IMG/VR virus record: IMGVR_UViG_3300042452_000459
Location: 1-54,585 of that record
Direction: 5' to 3' (one strand)
From: a virus
Taxonomy: Duplodnaviria > Caudoviricetes
Length of the DNA: 54,585 bases
Positions within the stretch are counted from its first letter, which is position 1; the number at the start of each line of letters is the position of its first letter. Below, in pieces: positions 9,130-16,617 of this stretch. The translations under genes and the position numbers were made by a program. A model generated the notes under the pieces. The model was not told the DNA's origin. It ran no database searches and was given only the letters and a program-made list of their open reading frames with translations.

Positions 9130-9946
9130 GGTACGCAGCTCCTATAGAAGTTCCACCGTCATGTGCAATTGGTTCAACATACATTTTAACATCTTCTGGC
9201 AATTTTTTGCGAAGATTATAGTTAACGACACAGTTCAAAAAACATCCTCCAGACAAAACAATATTCTTACATTTAGTTTTCTTTAGTGCAATCTGTACAA
9301 GTTCTAATGCACGGTCTTCCCAAAGCGTTTGAATTGTGTATGCAGCATCTTCTTTAGACTTCTGTACAAGATCATTTAGATCGACTTTATTAAATCCATA
9401 TGCAGATAATCCCATAACTTTTCCAGCTTCATCTGGTCCAAATCCACAAAACTTTGATACATCTTCAAACATTTTACCAATGCCATGCTCAGAATTTTCC
9501 CAATATTTTTTGTGAACTATTTTCCAATGAAATCTATTGCTGGTCTTGGCATGAAAAATAGATTCAATTTCCAATTTATCAGCAACATTAGATCCATTAC
9601 TGTCTACAACAATACAGACAGCTTCATCAAATCCAGAATTATAAAACCCACATGCAGCATGAGTAAGATGGTGTGACTTTCTGTAATCAATATGTTTGGC
9701 GCTAGGGAATGACCGTTTAAATCTTGCGATATCCCTAGCGGTAATCATATTCTTCTCAGGAAGAACCCAATGAGCATCAACTGTTGCGATAACATCCACA
9801 TCAGCGACATAATTTACTAGATCCTTAACAGCATAATCATATTTTTTTCTTGTTATACGTTCTGCTTCCAAATAAAAATCTATTTGCCCATCTTTCAATA
9901 GACAAATAGATCCATTATTAGAAAGATTTATTCCTAAAATATTCAT
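9095..9946 (-). CDS. Carbamoyltransferase, N-terminal (Kae1-like) domain only
   Basis: EAERITRKKYD, HHLTHAACGFYNSGF, AGKVMGLSAYG, SGGCFLNCVVN, DGGTSIGAA; no C-terminal domain. Confidence 0.85.
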   Translation of the reverse strand: MNILGINLSNNGSICLLKDGQIDFYLEAERITRKKYDYAVKDLVNYVADVDVIATVDAHWVLPEKNMITARDIARFKRSFPSAKHIDYRKSHHLTHAACGFYNSGFDEAVCIVVDSNGSNVADKLEIESIFHAKTSNRFHWKIVHKKYWENSEHGIGKMFEDVSKFCGFGPDEAGKVMGLSAYGFNKVDLNDLVQKSKEDAAYTIQTLWEDRALELVQIALKKTKCKNIVLSGGCFLNCVVNYNLRKKLPEDVKMYVEPIAHDGGTSIGAAYLAYHNPKIKNS

Positions 9947-11535
9947 TTTACGATTAACTTTTGTACTTCAGGAAAATAAAGATACTTAATATCACTATTG
10001 TGAAATGTTCTTAAAGCATCTTCTGGAGTTTCTACTAATGGTTCTCCAGCAAGATTGAATGATGTATTAAACAGAATAGGAACATTAGTTTTTTCATAAA
10101 AAGCACTGATTAAATTATAATAATGCTCATTCTGTTCCTTTGTGACTGTTTGAATTCTGCAGGTCTTATCTACGTGCAATATTGCAGGAATAAATGGTGC
10201 AGTTTCAATATATGCATCTACAGCATACATCATAAATGGACTTTCTTCTAGTCCTGCCATATCAAACCATTGATTAGCGTATTCTTTTAAAATCGTCCCT
10301 GCAAAAGGTCTGAACGCTTCACGCCTTTTAATCGTATTAACATGATCCTTTCCATTTGGATCTCTAGGGTCATATAAAATAGATCTATTTCCTAATGCTC
10401 TAGGACCAGCTTCAGATCTTCCTTGAAAGATAGCGACAATATTTTTGTTGCTAATAAGACTAGCAACCTGATCATATGTGGTATCTAAACCTTCAATATG
10501 AGAAAGATCGTAACTTGGTCCTAAGTATAATGTTTTCATAGATGTTTTTTCATCCGAAACTAACATTGCAGATCCAAATGCATGTCCACCATCATAAGAC
10601 AATGGATCAGCGTATAAATTTATATCCAATGATTTTAGCACATTATAATTAGAAACACAATTCAAAAAGAAACCACCAGATACAACTACATTTTTCTTAC
10701 CAGAAAGTTCTACTGCCTTTTTAATCATGTATAGTGTATGATTTTCTGCAGACTTTTGAAGATTATATGCTAGATCTTCTTTTGCAGTTTCTTTGCCATA
10801 ATATTTTGTCCATCCATTATCATCTCTAGGATGAATATCTTTACTACAAAAACTATGACCACACTCTTCATTAAAAAGATTAACTACGCCAGAACCATAC
10901 GCAGATAACCCCATTGTTTTTCCTGCTTCAAGTTCATCAAATCCACAGTATGCAGAAACACATCTAAATGCTTGCCCAAGACTTACTCTATTACTGAATA
11001 AATTAATGCCATCCCAAAAAGGTTCTTCAACCTTTTCACACAAAGACCGATTATAAAAACAAGAATAATGTTTAAATAGAGGAATAAATTCTCCATCTAC
11101 AACATTGTAAATACTTTCTATTTCGCAAAAAGATATACTATTCTTTTTAAGAACAGATCCTTTGCCATCCATCACAACACAAACAGCATCATCAAATCCA
11201 GATCCATAAAAAGCAGATGCTGCATGACATTCATGATGTCTAGTAGAAAAATCTAAAATCTTTTTTACTCCTTTAGAGTATAAAAGTTGATCTAACTTTT
11301 TTTTATAGGATCGTTTTTCAAGATTATAATTTATGTTGTATTTTGTAAAGCAATCAGAATAAACTGCAACATCAATTGTATCGTCTACATACTTTTCACA
11401 CAAAGCATAAGCACCAACATCACGCTTTTTTCTAGTAACTCTTTCTTCTTCAAGATAGAATTCTAATTCACCATTATTAATGATTGCAATTGATCCATTC
11501 TTTGCAAGATTTATTCCAAGAACTTTCATGCCCAT
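9943..11535 (-). CDS. Carbamoyltransferase (NodU/CmcH/TobZ family), full length
   Basis: HHECHAASAF, GKTMGLSAYG, GRSEAGPRALGNRSIL, KRREAFRPFA, NTSFNLAGEPLVE. Confidence 0.93.
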   Translation of the reverse strand: MGMKVLGINLAKNGSIAIINNGELEFYLEEERVTRKKRDVGAYALCEKYVDDTIDVAVYSDCFTKYNINYNLEKRSYKKKLDQLLYSKGVKKILDFSTRHHECHAASAFYGSGFDDAVCVVMDGKGSVLKKNSISFCEIESIYNVVDGEFIPLFKHYSCFYNRSLCEKVEEPFWDGINLFSNRVSLGQAFRCVSAYCGFDELEAGKTMGLSAYGSGVVNLFNEECGHSFCSKDIHPRDDNGWTKYYGKETAKEDLAYNLQKSAENHTLYMIKKAVELSGKKNVVVSGGFFLNCVSNYNVLKSLDINLYADPLSYDGGHAFGSAMLVSDEKTSMKTLYLGPSYDLSHIEGLDTTYDQVASLISNKNIVAIFQGRSEAGPRALGNRSILYDPRDPNGKDHVNTIKRREAFRPFAGTILKEYANQWFDMAGLEESPFMMYAVDAYIETAPFIPAILHVDKTCRIQTVTKEQNEHYYNLISAFYEKTNVPILFNTSFNLAGEPLVETPEDALRTFHNSDIKYLYFPEVQKLIVK

Positions 11536-12170
11536 TCAAGTGCTTCAGATACCACAGGAAACTGTTCTACAAATACTTTCTTACATTCGTTTGCAATATC
11601 CATATGCTCTTTCTGAGTTCCATTTGCAGAACGAAGATTGATATAGTGTATCCAAGAACGAACACTACCAGACATATAAATGCGTGTAGGAGTTGCAAGA
11701 GGAAGAACAAAGCGAGCACATTCTTTAGCAACACCTTGACTTAGAAGGAAATTATAAACGTCTTGTGCATCTTTGAATAGATCTTGGATCATTTTATTCA
11801 TCACAAAAACTTTGTCTTCCTCCAAATCGTCAATAGAATTCTGACGGTTCTTGGTATCTTGACGGCGAAGTTCTGGAATTGGAATTTCAGTCGCTAAAAG
11901 ATTAGTGTCTGCATAACGTTGAGAAAACTCTTGATACGTAAACGAACGGTGACGCAGAATTTGTGCTGCAATACCACGATTGGTTTCAATCTCAAGTGTC
12001 ATAAATGCCTGCTCAAATACAGACCAATGATTGTGCTTAATACAATAACGTAACAAGCCTGCATAGTTTTCATTATCTTGATTTGCTGGATTAGAAACCC
12101 TAGCAACATATGCCATTGTTTGTTCTGCATCTGGCGTCACACTAATCAATTTCACTGTCATTGTAACCAA
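11526..12170 (-). CDS. thyX: FAD-dependent thymidylate synthase
   Basis: HWSVFEQ and QILRHRSFTYQEFSQRY ThyX motif. Confidence 0.96.
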   Translation of the reverse strand: MVTMTVKLISVTPDAEQTMAYVARVSNPANQDNENYAGLLRYCIKHNHWSVFEQAFMTLEIETNRGIAAQILRHRSFTYQEFSQRYADTNLLATEIPIPELRRQDTKNRQNSIDDLEEDKVFVMNKMIQDLFKDAQDVYNFLLSQGVAKECARFVLPLATPTRIYMSGSVRSWIHYINLRSANGTQKEHMDIANECKKVFVEQFPVVSEALEWA

Positions 12171-12324
12171 ATCCTTTTTTCTTTTTCTTGTTAAATTTCT
12201 TTGTTGCTAATCCTAAGATGGCATCATCTAAAGCTTTCCTCATATACAAAAGTTCAGCATCAGAGTATTTCCAAGGTTGTTCTAGTGCTTTCTTGACCAG
12301 ACGAATTGTTTCCTTGTAACGCAT
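12142..12324 (-). CDS. Small hypothetical protein
   Basis: GGAGG SD; KKKGFG C-terminal motif typical of cyanophage small proteins; overlaps thyX start. Confidence 0.65.
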   Translation of the reverse strand: MRYKETIRLVKKALEQPWKYSDAELLYMRKALDDAILGLATKKFNKKKKKGFGYNDSEID

Positions 12325-12345
12325 TTGATGTTACCTCCTGTACTA

Positions 12346-12374
12346 ATTATACCAATAAAAAAGGGGGAAGTCAA
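12346..12374 (-). promoter_or_regulatory. Sigma70-type promoter for the thyX operon
   Basis: TTGACT-17nt-TATAAT; the -35 lies inside the upstream terminator hairpin. Confidence 0.75.
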
Positions 12375-12381
12375 TTCCCCC
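12354..12381 (-). terminator. Rho-independent terminator
   Basis: GGGGGAA-TTGAC-TTCCCCC followed by T tract. Confidence 0.8.
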
Positions 12382-12387
12382 GATCAA

Positions 12388-12474
12388 TCATCCAAGAGTT
12401 GCCATATGATATTGGGCTTCTTGGAGTTTCTTTTGTTTTTGAATTTGTCTACGAATAACATTCAACCAGTTCAT
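12388..12474 (-). CDS. 28-aa basic peptide translationally coupled to DUF4278 gene
   Basis: Hand-translated MNWLNVIRRQIQKQKKLQEAQYHMATLG; ATGA overlap; GGAGG SD. Confidence 0.55.
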   Translation of the reverse strand: MNWLNVIRRQIQKQKKLQEAQYHMATLG

Positions 12475-12629
12475 TTTGCTACCTCCGAATTTTTACATGG
12501 GCGATAGGCAACTCCACGATATGTGTTTGTTGCATGTGCTGGAGAATGGGTTTCCGAATACCATTGACGGTATTCTTCTTTTGGAACATCAGTATTATAC
12601 TGACATCCACGATAAGTTGCAGTAGTCAT
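12471..12629 (-). CDS. DUF4278-family small protein (52 aa)
   Basis: Hand-translated MTTATYRGCQYNTDVPKEEYRQWYSETHSPAHATNTYRGVAYRPCKNSEVAK with two TYRGxxY motifs; AGGAG SD; downstream of glutamine aptamers. Confidence 0.8.
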   Translation of the reverse strand: MTTATYRGCQYNTDVPKEEYRQWYSETHSPAHATNTYRGVAYRPCKNSEVAK

Positions 12630-12661
12630 TTTGTTTCTCCTGAATGAATGGATTTTTAGGC

Positions 12662-12871
12662 CCGTTCCTTCAGCCGTTTGCGTCTATGCCGCACTTCTTA
12701 GGGGAAACCCTTACAAGTTCTGCAATAATTTGTTGTTTCACTATAGTAGGATAATAAGAATTGTTCACCCTACTAACTAGTTGTCCAAATTGCAAACAAG
12801 TAATTAGAACTGCTTCCATAGATGAACGCTCCGTTCCGCGACTTACTTGCGTCTCCCGAAAGAGATGAACG
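12662..12871 (-). ncRNA. Tandem glnA-type glutamine riboswitch (two aptamers; the second has a 128-nt P2 loop)
   Basis: Aptamer 1 (12831-12871): CGTTCA-TCTCT-TTCG-GGAGA-CGCAAGTAAGTCGCGGAACGG. Aptamer 2 (12662-12828): CGTTCA-TCTATG...CATAGA-CGCAAACGGCTGAAGGAACGG. Confidence 0.8.
12670..12819 (-). CDS. 49-aa ORF embedded in glutamine aptamer 2
   Basis: Hand-translated MEAVLITCLQFGQLVSRVNNSYYPTIVKQQIIAELVRVSPKKCGIDANG*; GGAG SD 9 nt upstream. Confidence 0.6.
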   Translation of the reverse strand: MEAVLITCLQFGQLVSRVNNSYYPTIVKQQIIAELVRVSPKKCGIDANG

Positions 12872-12878
12872 TAGACAC

Positions 12879-12907
12879 ATTATAGCGTCTATACACTATC
12901 TAGTCAA
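12879..12907 (-). promoter_or_regulatory. Sigma70-type promoter driving the riboswitch/DUF4278 unit
   Basis: TTGACT-17nt-TATAAT; predicted TSS at the 5' end of aptamer 1. Confidence 0.8.
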
Positions 12908-12915
12908 GTAATTTT

Positions 12916-12929
12916 GTATAATTTGTTAC
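12916..12929. promoter_or_regulatory. NtcA-box-like palindrome
   Basis: GTA-TAATTTGT-TAC (GTA-N8-TAC) 8 nt upstream of the -35. Confidence 0.55.
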
Positions 12930-14045
12930 TTATTTTATGCGAGAAACACCACAATTTTCCCTACACATATGTGTAGGATTTTTCCAAGATGAAATTAAAC
13001 TATGCTGAAAAAATGGGGTATTAATAATTTCATCTAAAGAAAAATAATTTAAGTTAATACTCTTTAATCCTCCCTGTTCTTCTATAAGAGGTATGATACT
13101 ATCATAGAAAATTTTCTGTAAATATTTAACTCCAGAACCCATATTTGGATTATCAATACTCTCATCATAAACAGGTTTTGCATCTGGATTTTTATTAATA
13201 TAGTAATCAGGATAAAAATATCTTAATCTAGCTTGATGATAGCAACAAGCATGAACTATTCCCATGCTATCTACTCTAAGATTTCCTACAGAATTTATTT
13301 TGTGTTTAAACTCACAATGAATATCCGAGTTTTCTCCCGTTCTTCCTGGATTGGTGGTGTATTTAGGATCGGAAGCTTCATGTAAAGTTTTTAATTCACC
13401 TTTATGCATGTAACTATAAGATCCACTGCCAGCACCAGACGTATCCCAAAATCCATTTACAGTCTGATGAGAAAATTTTTTAAATCCAAGTTCTTTGGAA
13501 AGTTTTCTACACTGCTCAATTTGATGTTCATTATGTTTAAAAACTAACATTCTCCACTCTGCGTTTCCACCTCCAGAAATAAAAGACTTTGCATTATCTA
13601 TAACTTTATTATAATCAACACCAACTCTATATTCTGCTAGGGTATCTTCTAATCCATCAATAGAAAAAATTACCCTAGAGTTGGGTGTTGAAAAAAATAA
13701 AAGTCTTCCAAGAGACTTCCAAAAATTTTTATCTCTTGTTCCACCATTAGTACTCATCAAAATATCTATATTTTTATTAATAGATCTTGAGTACTTAATT
13801 ATATCTAGTAAGTCTTCACAAAGACTTGGTTCACCAAATGATCCTTGAAAATTAATAAAAGAAATTTTTTTAAGAACTTCTGGAGTAAACCAAGTTTTCC
13901 AAGTTTCCATAGACACAGAAGATCTGTTTACAAATGTCGTGGGAACTAAATCTACGACATTTGTAAACTTAGAAACTTTGTGTCTAGTACAAAGAGGACA
14001 TTTAGAATTACAATGATCTGTTATATCAATGAAAATTCCAATCAC
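12930..14045 (-). CDS. Radical SAM/SPASM-like protein
   Basis: CNSKCPLC, FGEP, STNGG, FSIDGLEDT, FKHNEHQIE, HACC, C-terminal CRENC. Confidence 0.88.
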   Translation of the reverse strand: MIGIFIDITDHCNSKCPLCTRHKVSKFTNVVDLVPTTFVNRSSVSMETWKTWFTPEVLKKISFINFQGSFGEPSLCEDLLDIIKYSRSINKNIDILMSTNGGTRDKNFWKSLGRLLFFSTPNSRVIFSIDGLEDTLAEYRVGVDYNKVIDNAKSFISGGGNAEWRMLVFKHNEHQIEQCRKLSKELGFKKFSHQTVNGFWDTSGAGSGSYSYMHKGELKTLHEASDPKYTTNPGRTGENSDIHCEFKHKINSVGNLRVDSMGIVHACCYHQARLRYFYPDYYINKNPDAKPVYDESIDNPNMGSGVKYLQKIFYDSIIPLIEEQGGLKSINLNYFSLDEIINTPFFQHSLISSWKNPTHMCRENCGVSRIK

Positions 14046-14491
14046 TTATCTCGCCAAACAATTTCGGGATATGCTTGTTCAACAACACTTCTAGTGATGC
14101 GATACTTTGATTGTAATTCTTTATCTTTTACCAAAGTAACAATTTCTGCTTCATCAGCATGAAGTGCCTCAAGAAGTTGAACAAACATTTGTTCACGCTT
14201 CATTTGTGAAATCTTATCGTTGCCGCCTTTGACAAAGTTATAAAGCATTCTCCATTCGTGAACAAGTCTAGTATGTCCTGCAGTTCCTGCAGGTGCTTCA
14301 TTCTTTTTATAAGGAACTTCACCTGGCGGAAGAGCACTTTCAAGTCCTTTATCGAAATTCCAGATGAGAAGTGCTTTGATATGGTCACTTCTGTGTTCTT
14401 GTAAAATTTCAACCTTACGTTCTACAGTTTTTCCGCCGTGCGCAGCTTTGAAAACTTCAGAAACCAAGGGGTTATTTGGTAGTTTTGTCAT
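14042..14491 (-). CDS. Conserved T4-like cyanophage hypothetical protein
   Basis: LIWNFD, LPPGEVPY and REQMFVQLLEALH motifs. Confidence 0.75.
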   Translation of the reverse strand: MTKLPNNPLVSEVFKAAHGGKTVERKVEILQEHRSDHIKALLIWNFDKGLESALPPGEVPYKKNEAPAGTAGHTRLVHEWRMLYNFVKGGNDKISQMKREQMFVQLLEALHADEAEIVTLVKDKELQSKYRITRSVVEQAYPEIVWRDK

Positions 14492-14493
14492 AG

Positions 14494-14712
14494 TTAATCG
14501 TCAAATTCATCTAAGTGTTCTGCGTTACCTTCAAATCTGAAGGCAATAATTTCGTCTGGAAGTGGGTTGCCATTAGAATCAAACATTTCAGGATGTGAAT
14601 ACTGTGGTGTGACATCTTGTAAGTATTGTCTAACCAAATACCCAACAACAACTCCTAAACCCAATGTCAACAGGCAACATAGTGTTGCTAAACAAATGAC
14701 AGCTGCTAACAT
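14494..14712 (-). CDS. Conserved small membrane protein
   Basis: N-terminal TM helix; HPEMFDSNGNPLPDEIIAFRFE. Confidence 0.7.
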   Translation of the reverse strand: MLAAVICLATLCCLLTLGLGVVVGYLVRQYLQDVTPQYSHPEMFDSNGNPLPDEIIAFRFEGNAEHLDEFDD

Positions 14713-14728
14713 TTTTATTCTCCTGGGA

Positions 14729-14911
14729 TTACCGTTCTCTTATTTCTAAGCAAATGGTAAATTCCTTGTTTGTAAAAGGAAGAAACCACTTTCCAAATCT
14801 TAAGATTTTTACTTCTGGTTTCTTACTCCTAAGTAGAAGTTCTACACCTTTATTTATTGATATATCTAAACTAGATTTTGTTCCTTTAGATATTTGATTG
14901 TGTCTGTGCAT
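14729..14911 (-). CDS. Small hypothetical protein (start uncertain)
   Basis: INKGVELLLR motif; fills the gap between glutaredoxin and the next gene. Confidence 0.45.
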   Translation of the reverse strand: MHRHNQISKGTKSSLDISINKGVELLLRSKKPEVKILRFGKWFLPFTNKEFTICLEIRER

Positions 14912-15102
14912 CCGCCAATGTGCTTATTATCTAATAAAACCTGCGGAAATGTTGATCCCTCACCAAATTCAGCATAGAATTGTGTGCGATCAAAATCTCT
15001 ACCATATATGTATTCTTTATATTCAATGGCAAAATGGAATAAAATTACTTTTATTTTCTCACAGTATGGACAATCTGGTTTTGAATATATTACTGCTTTC
15101 AT
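14866..15102 (-). CDS. nrdC: Glutaredoxin
   Basis: CPYC active site, TFPQV and IGGC motifs. Confidence 0.92.
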   Translation of the reverse strand: MKAVIYSKPDCPYCEKIKVILFHFAIEYKEYIYGRDFDRTQFYAEFGEGSTFPQVLLDNKHIGGCTDTIKYLKEQNLV

Positions 15103-15103
15103 T

Positions 15104-15379
15104 TTAATTTATGGTTACTGGTATTGAGGTTCCTTCCTCAATACTATATATTTTTCTGTCTTCAATTTTATAAGTTCCAGGTGGTAAACCAATTTGCCCA
15201 GGAAGTTGTTTATCTACTGATGATGTTACTGTAATAACTTGATCTAAAATAAACTTTTGTTTTCGATAAGACCTTTTATCTTTATCAAATCCAACTAACA
15301 TCATAGCATCAAGTTCTTCACCACAGTGTGCAATAACTCGACCAGTTCTAGTGTCTGTAACTACCCAATAATCGTACAT
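15104..15379 (-). CDS. Hypothetical protein
   Basis: Likely start MYDYWVV at 15379; the longer TTG-initiated track ORF runs through the psbA terminator. Confidence 0.65.
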   Translation of the reverse strand: MYDYWVVTDTRTGRVIAHCGEELDAMMLVGFDKDKRSYRKQKFILDQVITVTSSVDKQLPGQIGLPPGTYKIEDRKIYSIEEGTSIPVTIN

Positions 15380-15405
15380 AAAAAAAGGGTTCTTATCGAA
15401 CCCCC
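15380..15405 (-). terminator. psbA terminator
   Basis: GGGGGTTC-GATAA-GAACCC followed by T7. Confidence 0.8.
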
Positions 15406-15434
15406 AGTATAACATTTGTTTATGTTCTTGTCAA
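15406..15434 (-). promoter_or_regulatory. Sigma70-type promoter overlapping the psbA stop codon
   Basis: TTGACA-17nt-TATACT. Confidence 0.7.
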
Positions 15435-16510
15435 CCAATAGCAGGTGCAGTTAGAGCAACAGGAGTTGCATCAGCAGCAGCAAGATCTAGTGGAAAGTTA
15501 TGGGCGTTACGTTCATGCATTACTTCCATACCAAGACCACCACGATTAAGAATGTCTGCCCATGTATTAATTACATGACCCTGACTATCTTGAATGGACT
15601 GGTTAAAGTTGAAACCATTCAGGTTGAATGCCATGGTGCTAACACCAAGAGCAGTGAACCAGATACCAACAACAGGCCAAGCAGCAAGGAAGAAGTGCAG
15701 CGAACGGGAGTTATTGAACGAGGCATATTGGAAGATAAGGCGACCAAAATAACCGTGAGCAGCAACGATGTTATAAGTCTCTTCTTCTTGACCGAACTTG
15801 TAACCATAGTTCTGACTTTCGTTCTCAGTCGTTTCACGAACCAGTGAGGAAGTAACCAGAGAACCGTGCATTGCACTGAACAGAGAACCACCGAACACAC
15901 CAGCAACTCCAAGCATGTGGAAAGGATGCATTAGAATGTTGTGTTCTGCCTGGAAGACAAGCATGTAGTTAAACGTACCACTAATTCCCAGAGGCATAGC
16001 ATCAGAGAAAGAACCTTGACCAAAAGGATAAACAAGGAATACTGCACTAGCAGCAGCAACAGGTGCAGAGTAAGCAACACAGATCCAAGGACGCATTCCG
16101 AGACGATAGGACAGTTCCCATTCACGACCCATATAAGCGTAGATGCCGATCAAGAAGTGGAAAACAATCAACTGAAAGGGACCACCGTTATAAAGCCATT
16201 CATCAAGACTTGCTGCTTCCCAGATGGGATAGAAGTGAAGACCAATAGCGTTAGACGATGGAACAACAGCACCAGAGATGATGTTGTTGCCGTACATCAG
16301 GGAGCCGGCAACAGGCTCACGGATGCCGTCGATGTCGACGGGAGGTGCAGCAATGAAAGCAACAATGAAGCAGATGGTTGCTGCGAGAAGGGTAGGAATC
16401 ATCAGTGTTCCAAACCAACCGACATACAAACGATTGTCGGTTGAGGTTACCCATTCACAGAACTCTTGCCAAATATTGCTTCCACGCTGTTGGGCGATGG
16501 ATGCAGTCAT
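15431..16510 (-). CDS. psbA: Photosystem II reaction centre protein D1
   Basis: Full-length D1 ([10 protein letters not shown]...[13 protein letters not shown]); uninterrupted. Confidence 0.99.
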   Translation of the reverse strand: MTASIAQQRGSNIWQEFCEWVTSTDNRLYVGWFGTLMIPTLLAATICFIVAFIAAPPVDIDGIREPVAGSLMYGNNIISGAVVPSSNAIGLHFYPIWEAASLDEWLYNGGPFQLIVFHFLIGIYAYMGREWELSYRLGMRPWICVAYSAPVAAASAVFLVYPFGQGSFSDAMPLGISGTFNYMLVFQAEHNILMHPFHMLGVAGVFGGSLFSAMHGSLVTSSLVRETTENESQNYGYKFGQEEETYNIVAAHGYFGRLIFQYASFNNSRSLHFFLAAWPVVGIWFTALGVSTMAFNLNGFNFNQSIQDSQGHVINTWADILNRGGLGMEVMHERNAHNFPLDLAAADATPVALTAPAIG

Positions 16511-16570
16511 TTAAAACTCCGAGTAATTGTGGGATTAATTATGTTAAGAAATGTTTCCATTTCTTCACAT

Positions 16571-16604
16571 TATTTATCATATATCAGAATTCCCTAACAG
16601 TCAA
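16571..16604 (-). promoter_or_regulatory. psbA promoter (sigma70-type plus overlapping late motif)
   Basis: TTGACT-17nt-TATGAT overlapping ATAAATA; 5' UTR hairpin AAGAAATG-GAAA-CATTTCTT (16546-16565). Confidence 0.7.
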
Positions 16605-16617
16605 TGCGTATAAATAC

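Noticed and set aside
9095-9946. Short carbamoyltransferase as a frameshifted pseudogene
   Set aside because: Motifs are intact, the ORF ends at a domain boundary, and the downstream sequence is a radical SAM gene rather than a C-terminal remnant
12325-12507. Plus-strand 60-aa track ORF
   Set aside because: Antisense to a promoter, a terminator and two better-supported minus-strand micro-ORFs
16511-16570. PhotoRC-type RNA or RpaB/HLR1 site upstream of psbA
   Set aside because: The UTR is short with one hairpin, and the direct-repeat match is too degenerate to support
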